Below, piece after piece: positions 1-9,675 of a stretch of 64,000 nt of DNA. The stretch's first letter is position 1, and each line of letters begins with the position of its first letter. This DNA is from Thermoanaerobaculia bacterium. GTDB taxonomy: Bacteria; Acidobacteriota; Thermoanaerobaculia; Multivoradales; Multivoraceae. Made by a program: the position numbers and the translations under genes. Under the pieces are notes generated by a model. The model was not told where the DNA came from and ran no database searches. It was given only the letters and a program-made list of their open reading frames with translations. Where the stretch lies: positions 1,088,001 through 1,152,000 of the forward strand of contig OY761158.1 in assembly GCA_963664405.1 (NCBI GenBank), read 5' to 3'.

Positions 1-2391
1 ACCATATCGGCCTACAAGGAGCCGTCCGGGCCGGGAGTGAGAGTCGACGCCTGTGCCTACCTCGGCTACACTCCGCCGCCTCAGTTCGACCCCCTGCTCG
101 CCAAGGTAATCGGCTCGTCTTACTCGCGGATCGGCTCGGCGGACTCATCGTCATCTTTCACCTCGGCCATCGATCGGACCCTCCGCGCGCTTGGGGAGTT
201 TCATCTCGGGGGCCTGCCGACCAATCTGCCGCAACTACGAGCCATCCTCTCTCACCCCACCGTGCGCGCCGGCGACGCCAGGACCTCCTTGCTCGCGGAG
301 GATCCTGAGATGCTGGATGCCCCCTCGTCTTCCCCCGGCAACGGCTCCAACCCTGGAAGCGCCGCGTTGGACCTGCTCGAGCAGCAGGCACCCGCTCAGA
401 AAACGGGAGTAGGTGGGAGCCCCGCATCTAGTCCCCAGCCCTCGCTCCCACCCCTGAAGGCGGAGCCAGGCCAGCGTGCCGTGTGCTGCCCTCTGGAGGG
501 CTCGGTGGTGGAGCTTCGAGTGAGTCGAGGCGACGCCGTCGCCGCGGGCGACACCGTGCTCGTGGTCACTGCCATGAAGATGGAGACCGATGTAGCGGCG
601 CCCTGCTCCGGGGTCGTGGCCGCGGTCCAAGCTCTCATGCCAGGCGACTTCGTCGCAGCCGAACAAGTAGTCGCAGTGGTTACGCCGGCCGAGGATGCTG
701 AAGAGGTCTCACCAAAACAAGAGGACCAGACCTGGGCCCCGGTCTTGGAAGAAGTCCGTACCCTGCAAGAGATCGCGCACGCTCGCCTGGCCCCGGGCTC
801 GGAAGACCCCGGGGTCGTTCGGCAGCGGAGTCGAGGCAAGCTCACCTGTCGGGAGCGCATAGCGTTACTGCTCGACGAGGGTTCCTTCCGCGAGGTCGGA
901 AGCGCCGCCGGCTTCCCCTCCTATGACGAAGAAGGCCGCGTCATCGCCTTCACCGCCGCAAGTCATGTCGGCGGTTGGGGCAAGATCGACGGCCGCACCG
1001 CCGTACTATGCGCGGACGACTTCACCTCCCGTGGCGGCCACTCGGACGGAGCGATCGGCGCCAAGAGCTCCTATCTCGATCGTCTCTCGCTGGAGCTCCG
1101 CGCCCCCACTGTCCGCCTGCTCGACGGGTCGTCGGGTGGCGGCAGCGTGGCGAGCATGGTGCCGAAACAGGAGACCGAGGGCGAGAGCAGCGCAAAGGAG
1201 AGCTCGGGTGCGATCAAGGCAGGCCGACCACGGGTCGCCGGCGGCGGCGGATCGTTCCTGCCTCCTCACCTCGGCAGCACCTACTACGCCGAGCACCTCT
1301 CGACCGTGCCTGTCGTCAACATGTTACTCGGTAGCGTGGTCGGCATCGGCGCCGCCAAGGCGGTGCTCGGACACTTCTCGGTCATGGTGCGTGACATCGC
1401 ACAACTCTTCGTGGCGGGGCCGCCAGTGGTCACCCACGCCATGGGCTACGACATCACCAAAGAAGACCTCGGAGACTGGCGCATCCACTGCCGCAACGGC
1501 TCGGTCGACAATCTCGCCGAGACCGAAGTCGAGGCGACCGCGATGGCCAAGCGATTCCTTTCCTATCTGCCATCGAGCGTCTACGAGGCGCCCCCGGTTC
1601 TGCCTCCGACGGCGAGTGACCCGCCCGAGCGCCGCGAGGAAGAGCTCTTCACTCTGATCCCGCGCAAGCGCACCACGACCTTCGACATACGGAAGGCGAT
1701 CCGCTTGTTGGCGGATGCCGATTCCTTCTTCGAGATCGGCTCGCTGTGGGGAACCGACCAGGTAACCGGTCTGGTGAGATTCAACGGCCACCCTCTGGGA
1801 GTGGTCGCCTCCGACAGCCGCCACGCCAACGGCGGTGCGCTGACCGCGGACGGCTGCGGCAAGCTCATCCGCCTACTCGACATCTGCGACCTCTTCCACA
1901 TCCCGGTTCTCAATCTGGTCGACAGCCCCGGCTTCGCCGTCGGCTTGGAGCACGAGATCGCCGGCACCATTCGGCGCGGCGGCGAGTGGATGATCGCCTT
2001 CGCCCAGGTCGGAGTGCCGATCTTCACCGTACTGATGCGCCGAAGCTTCGGCGTCGCGGGAAACAACTTCGCGGCACCCCAGGCGCAGCCGTCGGTTCGG
2101 GTGACCTGGCCCGCCGCTGACGTTGGCGGCATTCCCCCCGAGGGTGGCATCGAAGCGGCGTACAAGCGTCAGCTGGCCGAATCGGACGACCCCGAGGCGC
2201 TGCGGGCGGAGCTGATGGAGCGTATCGAGAGCGCGCGCGGACCGGTTGGCCCGCTGTCGCGCTTTCAGATCGAAGAGATGATCGACCCCAGAGACACGCG
2301 ACGCTTTATCTGCGAGTGGGTGAGCACGGCCTACAAAGTGATCGCTCAACCGGCGCGCTTGGTTCCACGAGCGCTGAAGTTCAGGCCTTAG
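1..2391 (+). CDS. Biotin carboxylase C-terminal / biotinyl-carrier / carboxyltransferase fusion (acyl-CoA carboxylase-like), 5'-partial
   Basis: Frame is open from base 1. PGVRVD..FDPLLAK biotin carboxylase C-terminal motif, AMKM biotin attachment motif and a carboxyltransferase domain (GKLTCRERI, DFTSRGG, VDSPGF). Confidence 0.88.
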   Translation, partial: TISAYKEPSGPGVRVDACAYLGYTPPPQFDPLLAKVIGSSYSRIGSADSSSSFTSAIDRTLRALGEFHLGGLPTNLPQLRAILSHPTVRAGDARTSLLAEDPEMLDAPSSSPGNGSNPGSAALDLLEQQAPAQKTGVGGSPASSPQPSLPPLKAEPGQRAVCCPLEGSVVELRVSRGDAVAAGDTVLVVTAMKMETDVAAPCSGVVAAVQALMPGDFVAAEQVVAVVTPAEDAEEVSPKQEDQTWAPVLEEVRTLQEIAHARLAPGSEDPGVVRQRSRGKLTCRERIALLLDEGSFREVGSAAGFPSYDEEGRVIAFTAASHVGGWGKIDGRTAVLCADDFTSRGGHSDGAIGAKSSYLDRLSLELRAPTVRLLDGSSGGGSVASMVPKQETEGESSAKESSGAIKAGRPRVAGGGGSFLPPHLGSTYYAEHLSTVPVVNMLLGSVVGIGAAKAVLGHFSVMVRDIAQLFVAGPPVVTHAMGYDITKEDLGDWRIHCRNGSVDNLAETEVEATAMAKRFLSYLPSSVYEAPPVLPPTASDPPERREEELFTLIPRKRTTTFDIRKAIRLLADADSFFEIGSLWGTDQVTGLVRFNGHPLGVVASDSRHANGGALTADGCGKLIRLLDICDLFHIPVLNLVDSPGFAVGLEHEIAGTIRRGGEWMIAFAQVGVPIFTVLMRRSFGVAGNNFAAPQAQPSVRVTWPAADVGGIPPEGGIEAAYKRQLAESDDPEALRAELMERIESARGPVGPLSRFQIEEMIDPRDTRRFICEWVSTAYKVIAQPARLVPRALKFRP

Positions 2392-2554
2392 ACGCAGGCC
2401 GTCGTGGTCATCGAAGGTCGGAGAGCGCAATGTCAAGGCTTCACCTCGGGTCAACCTGGGCAAGCCACCTTCGTGGACACCGCTAGGGGCTGCACGCCGA
2501 CGGCGCGCGGCGTTGGGACATCTTCGAGCTACTCTGCGCTACACTTCGCGCCTT

Positions 2555-2947
2555 ATGATCATCCTTCGCGCCATCCGAGAGGTGCTCGGCCGTATCCTCA
2601 TCTTCTTCGACTGGATCACTCGCCCTGAGAAGGCTTCACGCTCAGCCACTGAGCTCGCGCAGCTGTCGAAGGAGACGAGCAACCTGTCGATCTACCAGTT
2701 CTACGCCTGCCCTTTCTGCTTGAAGACGCGACGTGCACTTCATCGCCTCAACCTTCCGATCGAGCTGCGTGACGCGCAGAAGGAAGGCGAGCACCGCACG
2801 GCTCTGCTCGAGGGCGGGGGTCGGGTGAAGGTGCCATGCCTTCGTATCGACGGTGCCGACGGTGAGGGCAGTCAGCAGTGGCTCTACCAATCGAAGGAGA
2901 TCATCTCGTATCTGGAACAGCGCTTCGGAGCACCTGCCCAGGTCTAG
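2555..2947 (+). CDS. Glutaredoxin-family protein
   Basis: CPFC motif and GGRVKVPCLRI. ATG at 2555 chosen as the start. Confidence 0.8.
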   Translation: MIILRAIREVLGRILIFFDWITRPEKASRSATELAQLSKETSNLSIYQFYACPFCLKTRRALHRLNLPIELRDAQKEGEHRTALLEGGGRVKVPCLRIDGADGEGSQQWLYQSKEIISYLEQRFGAPAQV

Positions 2948-3576
2948 TAGGACTCAATCGAGTTGACGAAATCGAAACCCTCTTTCGCCATGACCAGGCG
3001 ATGGCGTTCACCGGTAGCATCGGCATCGGACTGCTCATAACCGGCATCACCCGTCCACATACACACGCGCACGCCATCGTCGCGTACCCCGACGTGCGTA
3101 TGGTAGAACTTGGGCTTCCGCGACCGGAACTGCTCGAGCACGGCTGCGGTCGGGCTATAGCGTGAAAGGTGGTAGAGAGTCACCCATGTCGGTGGCGCGA
3201 GGTCGATCTCCCCCGCCCGGTGGCTATCGAGAGCCTTCGCCGGGGCTATCCACGAATGGTCGTCGATCTCGCCACCATCGATTTCGACCGCGTGCTCGCT
3301 TGCCTCTGCCGCGAAGAACCAGGTCGAAAACCGCTTGGGGGTCGATGTCGGTGGCTGCCAATGGGCGAACCAAACAAAGTCATCGGGGAGAGCTTGGATA
3401 CCGGCCTCCTCATGGGTCTCTCTGGCCGCAGCCGTTCGAGCCGCGGTCTCGAGGTCGCGGTCCTGGGGATAGTCTTCGCCGTCGATTCGCCCCCCGGGGA
3501 ACACCCACATACCGCCGAAATGGATTTTCGAAGTCTTGCGCAACATCAACACCTCAGGGCCCGAGACGGCGTCACG
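2944..3576 (-). pseudogene. NUDIX hydrolase, 3' part (interrupted by IS21-family element)
   Basis: WVFPGG..AARETHEEAGI Nudix box. Joins in frame to 6903-7012 once the IS and one TSD copy are removed. Confidence 0.9.
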
Positions 3577-3822
3577 TGTCAACGGCGCTTAAGAAGCGCG
3601 CGATCCCGGCTTTCTGACCGCGTTTCCTGCTGAGAGTCTCTTCAGCATCATCGTCGCGCGCGAGCGCGCGAGCAGCGTGGCAGGTGGGAGTATGGGGAGA
3701 CCGGCGGGGGCGACTCCAAGCAAGGTGACCGCCCACCGCCGGAAGGCCTGGGGTATGACGCCCCAGAAGAGGGAGTATTCCGCCTGCGGGTGGCGAAGTC
3801 CAGGCCGAAGGAGGCCTGGGCC

Positions 3823-4314
3823 GTGCGCCGCCGTCCCGATTGTCGCCGTTTCGTTTGCGATCGTTGCCGGCAAGCTGTCTACATTTGCTCTTGGTGCGAT
3901 CGCGGCCATCGTTATTGCACGCCGGAGTGCCGGGATGAGGCTCGGCGCCACAGCCTTCGCGGGGCCGGGCGTCGCTATCAGCAGACGCCGCGAGGGCGCC
4001 GCTTGCATGCTCGTCGTCAGCAGGCCTATCGAGATCGCAAGCAGCAAGGCTCAAAGAAAGTGACGCATCACAGTTGCCGCACCGGGGGCTGCCCTGCGAC
4101 GGTGGCGTCATGGCCCACCGCGCCGCTTCCGTTGTTTTTGCAAGGCTTGTCCGTTGGAGGTCGGAACGAGGAGCTTCTCTGCAGGCTGTGCCGCCATCCT
4201 TGCGAGCCGATTGTCCGCCACGACTTCTTGCGATCGCGCCGAGTACGCCCGGTGCGCAGGCGGGCGCGGGATGATCTCTCCCGAGCTCGCCGCCGAGATC
4301 CGCCGTCTCTATGA
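3823..4314 (+). CDS. IS21-associated Cys-rich, Arg-rich putative zinc-finger protein
   Basis: CDRC-x6-CSWCDRGHRYC-x3-C plus a C-terminal CRLC; AGGAGG before GTG 3823; clear homolog at 59866-60318. Confidence 0.75.
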   Translation: MRRRPDCRRFVCDRCRQAVYICSWCDRGHRYCTPECRDEARRHSLRGAGRRYQQTPRGRRLHARRQQAYRDRKQQGSKKVTHHSCRTGGCPATVASWPTAPLPLFLQGLSVGGRNEELLCRLCRHPCEPIVRHDFLRSRRVRPVRRRARDDLSRARRRDPPSL

Positions 4315-5770
4315 GTCGGAGGGCTGGCGGCGCAACACGATCGCCCGCCATCTGGGAATCCATCACTCGACGGTCACTCGAGTCCTTCGACGCGAAGGGC
4401 TGAGCCGGCCTCGATCGCCGCGACGAGCGTCCATGGTCGATCGCTTCGTCCCCTTCATCCAGGAAGTCTTTGAGCGCTACCCGGAGCTGCCGGCGAGCGT
4501 GCTCTACGAGATGGTCAAGAAGCGTGACTATCCCGGTGGGGAGGATCACTTCCGCCACTGCATTGCCGAGCTCGGCCTGCGCCCCCGCAAGGCGCCTGAG
4601 GCTTTCTTTGTGCTCCGTACGCTTGCCGGCGAACAGGCCCAGGTGGACTGGGCTCACTTCGGCACCCGAAAGGTCGATGGCGGAGAGCGCCGTCTCTACG
4701 CCTTCGTCATGGTGCTGAGCTACTCGCGAGCTCTCTTTCTGCACTTCTTCTACGACGCTCGTCTGCCGAGCTTCCTGACCGGGCATGTCCTCGCCTTCTC
4801 CTTCTTTGAGGGTCTGGCCAAGATCCACCTCTACGACAATCTGCGCAGCGCTGTGCTCGAGCGGCGCCGCAGCGCCATTCGCTTTCATCCACGGCTTCTC
4901 GAGCTCGCCGACTTCTACGGCTTTGATCCAAGACCCGTTGCTCCCAGACGAGGAAATGAAAAAGGTCGCGTCGAACGAGCCATTCGTTTTGTCAGAACTT
5001 CCTTCTTTCCGCTGCGTCGCACCTGGGACAGAGAAGCGCTGAACCGGGACGCTCTGGAGTGGTGTCGCGACCGAGCGATGAAGCGCCCGTGGCCCCAGGA
5101 CCGGCGTCGCACCGTCGAGCAGGCCTATCTCGAGGAGCGCTCTCATCTCGTGAGCCTTCCGGCGCAGCCTTTCCCCTGCCACGAATGGGTCGAGCGGATC
5201 ACGCGGCGCACTCCTTACCTGAGCTTCGATGCGAATCGCTACTCGATCCCGCATGATCGCATCGCCCGCTCGCTACAGATCGCCGCAGACCCGGAGCGTG
5301 TGCGCATCTTCGATCGCGAGCAGCTCATCGCCGAGCACACAAGGTCCTGGGACAAGGGCCAGATCATCGAAGACCCCCGTCACCTAGAAGAGCTGGAACG
5401 ACAGAAACGCGAGGCACGTACACAGCGCGGCCAGGACTACCTGCTGCGTACGGTGCCCCAGGCCGAAGAGCTCCTGCGGGAGCTGGCCCGACGGCAGAGA
5501 CGACTCTCGAGTGCCGTCGCCAGACTCCTCGAGCTCCTTGCCGAGAGTGGACCCAGGGAGCTTGCAGTGGCGATCGACGAGGCCCTCGAAAAAGGATCCC
5601 CGCATCCCGAAGCGGTGCGACTCATCCTCGATCGTCGGCGCCACGAGCGGGGACTCCTACCCGCGCTGCCTGTCCAGCTCCCCGACGATCCCAGGATCCG
5701 GGAGCTCACGGTCACTCCCCATGCACTGGCCGACTACGACAACCCCAACGACGAGGAGGACGACGAATGA
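4271..5770 (+). CDS. istA: IS21-family transposase
   Basis: N-terminal HTH, GEQAQVDW, MVLSYSR, YDN and EKGRVER DDE motifs, C-terminal NRYSIP. Confidence 0.95.
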   Translation: MISPELAAEIRRLYESEGWRRNTIARHLGIHHSTVTRVLRREGLSRPRSPRRASMVDRFVPFIQEVFERYPELPASVLYEMVKKRDYPGGEDHFRHCIAELGLRPRKAPEAFFVLRTLAGEQAQVDWAHFGTRKVDGGERRLYAFVMVLSYSRALFLHFFYDARLPSFLTGHVLAFSFFEGLAKIHLYDNLRSAVLERRRSAIRFHPRLLELADFYGFDPRPVAPRRGNEKGRVERAIRFVRTSFFPLRRTWDREALNRDALEWCRDRAMKRPWPQDRRRTVEQAYLEERSHLVSLPAQPFPCHEWVERITRRTPYLSFDANRYSIPHDRIARSLQIAADPERVRIFDREQLIAEHTRSWDKGQIIEDPRHLEELERQKREARTQRGQDYLLRTVPQAEELLRELARRQRRLSSAVARLLELLAESGPRELAVAIDEALEKGSPHPEAVRLILDRRRHERGLLPALPVQLPDDPRIRELTVTPHALADYDNPNDEEDDE

Positions 5771-6540
5771 ACAACACCGACCAAGAGCGTGCCACAGCCC
5801 TGAAACTCCATGGCCTCCTAGCCCACTGGGATGAGGTCGCCAACCAACCCTGGCTCCCCGACCTGCTCGACTGGGAAGAGCAGGAGCGAGCCCGTCGCGG
5901 ACTGGAGCGACGCCTGGGTCGGGCCCGGCTCGGCACCTTCAAGCCGCTGGCCGACTTCGACTGGAATTGGCCCAAGAAGATCGACCGCGAGCAGATCGAA
6001 GATCTCTTTCGGCTCGAGTGGCTCGCCCGAGGGCACAACGCTGTCTTGATAGGGCCAAACGGCATCGGCAAGACGCTCATTGCCAAGAATCTCGCCCATC
6101 AAGCCGTACTACGTGGAGCCACCGCCCGATTCCTCACCGCCTCGGAGCTGCTCAACACCCTCGCCGAACAAGACTCCTCGACCAGCCTTCAGCGCAAGCT
6201 CGCGCTCTTTGCGCGCCCATCCCTGCTCTGCATTGACGAGCTCGGATATCTGTCCTACGACACGCGCCACGCCGATCTACTTTTCGAGGTCGTTTCCCGC
6301 AGGTACGAAAATAAGTCCCTTCTCATCACCACAAACAAGTCCTTTGGAGAATGGGGAGAGGTCTTCCCCAACGCTACTACCGTCGTCACCATCGTCGATC
6401 GCCTCGTCCATCGCTGCGAGCTCGTCAACATCGAGGGCGATTCCTATCGGCTCAAGGAGTCCAAGGAGCACGCCAAGAAGCGCGCTTCGGCCCGCCGAAG
6501 CGGCACTCGCCCTCGACGGCGCAGTGCGAAGACCTCGTGA
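5767..6540 (+). CDS. istB: IS21-family helper AAA+ ATPase
   Basis: Walker A GPNGIGKT, Walker B LCIDELGY, ITTN and DRLVH; ATGA overlap with istA. Confidence 0.95.
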   Translation: MNNTDQERATALKLHGLLAHWDEVANQPWLPDLLDWEEQERARRGLERRLGRARLGTFKPLADFDWNWPKKIDREQIEDLFRLEWLARGHNAVLIGPNGIGKTLIAKNLAHQAVLRGATARFLTASELLNTLAEQDSSTSLQRKLALFARPSLLCIDELGYLSYDTRHADLLFEVVSRRYENKSLLITTNKSFGEWGEVFPNATTVVTIVDRLVHRCELVNIEGDSYRLKESKEHAKKRASARRSGTRPRRRSAKTS

Positions 6541-6890
6541 TCCGACAGGAGTATCGCGCCGAGCTCATCCGCCTCTACCTCGACGCTCCTAAAACCCCGC
6601 CTAGACCTCGGCGCCGAGACTGGGCCATCGCCGACAAGCTCTATCAAGCCAACGTCCCCCTCGAAGAGCTTGCCCATGCCATTCGACTCGCCACCTTGCG
6701 ACGGCGCCTCAGCACCGATCCGCTGCCGCAGATTCACTCACTTGCCTACTACCGCTCCGTACATCGAGCCCTGACCAACGACGAGCTCGACCCTCAATAC
6801 GTCCGCTACATCCTCCTTCGGCACCGGTCCCTTCTCGAGGAGGATGAAACCAAAAGCGCCACTACACAGCCGGAATCCCGCACTTTATGA
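6537..6890 (+). CDS. IS21-associated hypothetical protein (117 aa) downstream of istB
   Basis: GTG overlaps the istB stop (GTGA). Protein-like sequence IRQEYRAELIRLYLDAP..IHSLAYY; stop lies inside the right IR. Confidence 0.65.
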   Translation: MIRQEYRAELIRLYLDAPKTPPRPRRRDWAIADKLYQANVPLEELAHAIRLATLRRRLSTDPLPQIHSLAYYRSVHRALTNDELDPQYVRYILLRHRSLLEEDETKSATTQPESRTL

Positions 6891-6902
6891 CCGCCGATAA
6901 CA

Positions 6903-7012
6903 TCACGCAACAGCACCACGGTCGCGGCGGGTATCGGCGGCGCGGCCCCCTTTTCGGCGTTGAGATCGCCGTAGATATCGTTCCTATGTTGCTCAGTGCT
7001 CTTTTCACCCAT
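6903..7012 (-). pseudogene. NUDIX hydrolase, 5' part
   Basis: AAGGAGG RBS, ATG 7012, MGEKSTEQ..PIPAATVVLLRD continuing into AVSGPEVLMLRK across the IS. Confidence 0.9.
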
Positions 7013-7067
7013 GAACCAGCCTCCTTGGTCGGCGCCGTAGCTTGACACAAAGCCTGCCCGTGAGAGC

Positions 7068-8327
7068 ATGGCGCCGATCATGAGCAGCGACACCACCCAC
7101 TCCCCCTTCCACGGACTCAAAGTCATCGATGCCGCCTCCTTCATCGCCGCCCCGACAGCGGCAATGATCCTCGGCGACCTCGGGGCCGACGTCATCAAGA
7201 TCGAGCCACCCGACGGCGACCCCTACCGCGGCAGTATCAACAACCCGGTGCAGCCACAGAGCGGTGTCGGCCACCAGTGGATCATGGATTCCCGCTGCAA
7301 GCGCAGCCTGACGCTGAATCTCAAGACCGAAGCCGGACGCGACATCCTGCTCCGCTTGGTCGCCGACTCTGACGTCTACATCACCAACCAACCCTTCCCG
7401 GTGAGACGCCGTTTCCGCCTCGAATACGAGGATCTCGCGCCCCTGAACCCACGACTGATCTATGCCTCGCTGACCGCCTATGGCGAGCACGGTCCCGAGC
7501 GCGACCGCGCCGCCTTCGACGGCGTGGCCTACTGGGGCCGCTCCGGCCTCGAAGACCTGGTGCGCGCTCGCGGGGCGAGACCCGCGCCCTCGGTCGGCGG
7601 CCAGGGAGACCACCCCACCGGCGTCTCGCTCTATGCCGCCATCGTGACCGCGCTGTACCGCCGCCAGACCACTGGATCCGGAGGTCTGGTGCACACATCT
7701 CTGCTGGCCAACGGATATTGGGCAAACGGTTGTATGGGATCAGCGGCTCTCGCCGGCGCCGACTTCGAAGAGTGGCGCAACCGAAGCGCGGGCCATCCCG
7801 GACTTTTCACCCGGGCGCTCTATGAGACCTCAGACGAGCGCTATCTGCAGTTCATCATGGCGCGCTCGGACGAGGAGCAGGACCGCGCGTTTCGCGTCGC
7901 CGGTCTCGGCGACCTTCTCGACGATGAGAGATTCGCGACTCGTGAGGCCCGCTTGGAAAACGTGACACAGGTTGTCGAGCGACTCACTAAGGCGATTGCC
8001 AAGCGACCCGCAGCGGAGTGGCTCGAGCTTTTCCACGCCGAGGCGGTGCCGGTCAGCCTCGTTGCTCGCACCGAAGAGATGGTCGACGACGAGCAGGCGA
8101 AGATCAACGACATCCTGATCGAGCCGGAAGACCCCGCCGAGGTAGGGGTTCCATGGGTGATCAACCATCCTGTGCGTCTGGAGGGCGTCAAAGAGGTCGG
8201 GTCGGTTCGCCCCCCGGAGATCGGAGAGCACAGCGACGACATCCTCACCGAGCATGGCTTCGGGCCAGACGAGATCGAGGCACTGCGTCGCGACGGCGTG
8301 CTCGAATCTGCACAAGAAGTCGAGTGA
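7068..8327 (+). CDS. CaiB/BaiF family III CoA-transferase
   Basis: LGDLGADVIKIEPPDGD, KRSLTLNLK and NPRLIYAS motifs. Confidence 0.93.
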   Translation: MAPIMSSDTTHSPFHGLKVIDAASFIAAPTAAMILGDLGADVIKIEPPDGDPYRGSINNPVQPQSGVGHQWIMDSRCKRSLTLNLKTEAGRDILLRLVADSDVYITNQPFPVRRRFRLEYEDLAPLNPRLIYASLTAYGEHGPERDRAAFDGVAYWGRSGLEDLVRARGARPAPSVGGQGDHPTGVSLYAAIVTALYRRQTTGSGGLVHTSLLANGYWANGCMGSAALAGADFEEWRNRSAGHPGLFTRALYETSDERYLQFIMARSDEEQDRAFRVAGLGDLLDDERFATREARLENVTQVVERLTKAIAKRPAAEWLELFHAEAVPVSLVARTEEMVDDEQAKINDILIEPEDPAEVGVPWVINHPVRLEGVKEVGSVRPPEIGEHSDDILTEHGFGPDEIEALRRDGVLESAQEVE

Positions 8328-8343
8328 GAGGTGTGGCGATGCG

Positions 8344-9675
8344 TCAGGGAGCTGCGGGAAGAGCGTAGTAGCGGATCCCGTAGGCTTCCAAGAAGCGCGC
8401 GAGCTGCTCACTCGGATTCCGTCGCTGTTGATCGAGGAGTAGGGCGTGGCGGAAGCGACCGAGCTCGACGAACAGCGAGTAGCCCGGCAGGCTCGGTTGG
8501 TAAGCCACGGGAACTCCGTCGAGCGCGACGAGATCCTTGCTGAGATTCTGCTTGCCGGCCGAGATCGCGTCGAGGATCTGGCGTTGGCGCGGTGTGACGA
8601 GCTCGATCCGGCCCATCATCACCCGCTCGACTTCGGCATCGACCGAGATCTCGAGAGGTAGGACATGGTCGACCCAAGTACGGGGCGCAATGAAGAAATA
8701 GCGCAACCCGGGGCTGTCGAAGTACGACAGCTCCCAAGTACGAAGCATCGCCGTGGCCTCGTCCTTACAGAGTCCGGCAGCATGCAGGGCGTCATACATC
8801 TCGGCCTTCAGCGCCTCCTTGCGAGCAGCGCTGTACTCTTCCTCCGCGAAAGATGCCGCGGTCACAATCCCTCCCCCCTGCTCGCCTCCGACCCACGGCG
8901 GCAGGCTATGGAACGCAGCAGTACCGTCATCGCGTATGTCGACTAGCCATTGTGATTCGACGTTGATGAAACCCACTTCGTCGAGCGCCTCCGCCTGCGC
9001 GCTCAGGTGCAGGAGCTCGCCACTCGGCTCACGAACAATCCGAACAGGAGCCTCTCGATGCGCAACTCCCCTGTAGAAGAGGAAGCGCTCACCCTCGCCA
9101 CTCGTCGCCAGGATGTCCGCCGCGTCGACCTTTCGCGGTGCCAACCAAACCGGGGCCTCGGTCACCGGTGGCGTCACCTCGGCGCCAACCCGCAGCCCGT
9201 TCCAGGAGAGAGTGCTAATGGCATCGTTCAGCAGCGGTCCGAAGAGGGTGTCGGCGGTGCCACCTTCGACGCGCAAGCCCGGTGCCACCGCTTGGCCCTT
9301 GGGAAAGAACTCCGTCAGCCAGCCACCAACAAAAGCAACGCTGACATCAAGCTCCATCGGCTCGTCGCCGCCTTCCGGTAGATGGAAGTACAGCACCGGT
9401 GTTTCCAGACGCATCGTGACGTGGGGATGGGCACGGGGGGCTCCCTGCACCAGTGAGGGGACGACTCGAGGATCGAAGAGGAGCTGCCCAGCTATACGGT
9501 GGACGAAGAGCGGCACGGGCTCGTCGTCGACGTTGATGCCGCGAACTGCTCTGCCGCGCTCGTCCTGGAAGGAGGTGAAAGTTCCCCATTCGTGAGCTTG
9601 CAGACTTCCCTCCCGCGCCGCCAGAGCAACCGACACCAACAGAGCGGGGAGGGCGATAACAAACAGACTCTTCAT
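8344..9675 (-). CDS. Secreted hypothetical protein (HEWGTFTS motif)
   Basis: Signal peptide MKSLFVIALPALLVSVALA; conserved-looking HEWGTFTS, RLETPVLYF and FLFYRG blocks. Confidence 0.7.
   Translation of the reverse strand: MKSLFVIALPALLVSVALAAREGSLQAHEWGTFTSFQDERGRAVRGINVDDEPVPLFVHRIAGQLLFDPRVVPSLVQGAPRAHPHVTMRLETPVLYFHLPEGGDEPMELDVSVAFVGGWLTEFFPKGQAVAPGLRVEGGTADTLFGPLLNDAISTLSWNGLRVGAEVTPPVTEAPVWLAPRKVDAADILATSGEGERFLFYRGVAHREAPVRIVREPSGELLHLSAQAEALDEVGFINVESQWLVDIRDDGTAAFHSLPPWVGGEQGGGIVTAASFAEEEYSAARKEALKAEMYDALHAAGLCKDEATAMLRTWELSYFDSPGLRYFFIAPRTWVDHVLPLEISVDAEVERVMMGRIELVTPRQRQILDAISAGKQNLSKDLVALDGVPVAYQPSLPGYSLFVELGRFRHALLLDQQRRNPSEQLARFLEAYGIRYYALPAAP

Larger units (their letters stand above)
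3577..6902 (+). mobile_element. IS21-family insertion sequence, 3326 bp, four ORFs
   Basis: Ends TGT...ACA; 35-bp imperfect terminal IRs (26/35 by hand alignment); 5-bp direct repeat TCACG at 3572-3576 and 6903-6907; contains istA and istB. Confidence 0.95.

Noticed and set aside
3572-5254. 560-aa minus-strand ORF and other long antisense ORFs (e.g. 21643-23403, 23482-24687, 29842-31137, 40316-41752, 47865-49373)
   Set aside because: They shadow well-supported genes on the opposite strand, lack motifs and are expected in GC-rich DNA.
7042-7069. TTGACA -35 box before the CoA-transferase
   Set aside because: The matching -10 (GAGCAT, 16-bp spacer) is weak and overlaps the candidate start codon; not enough support.
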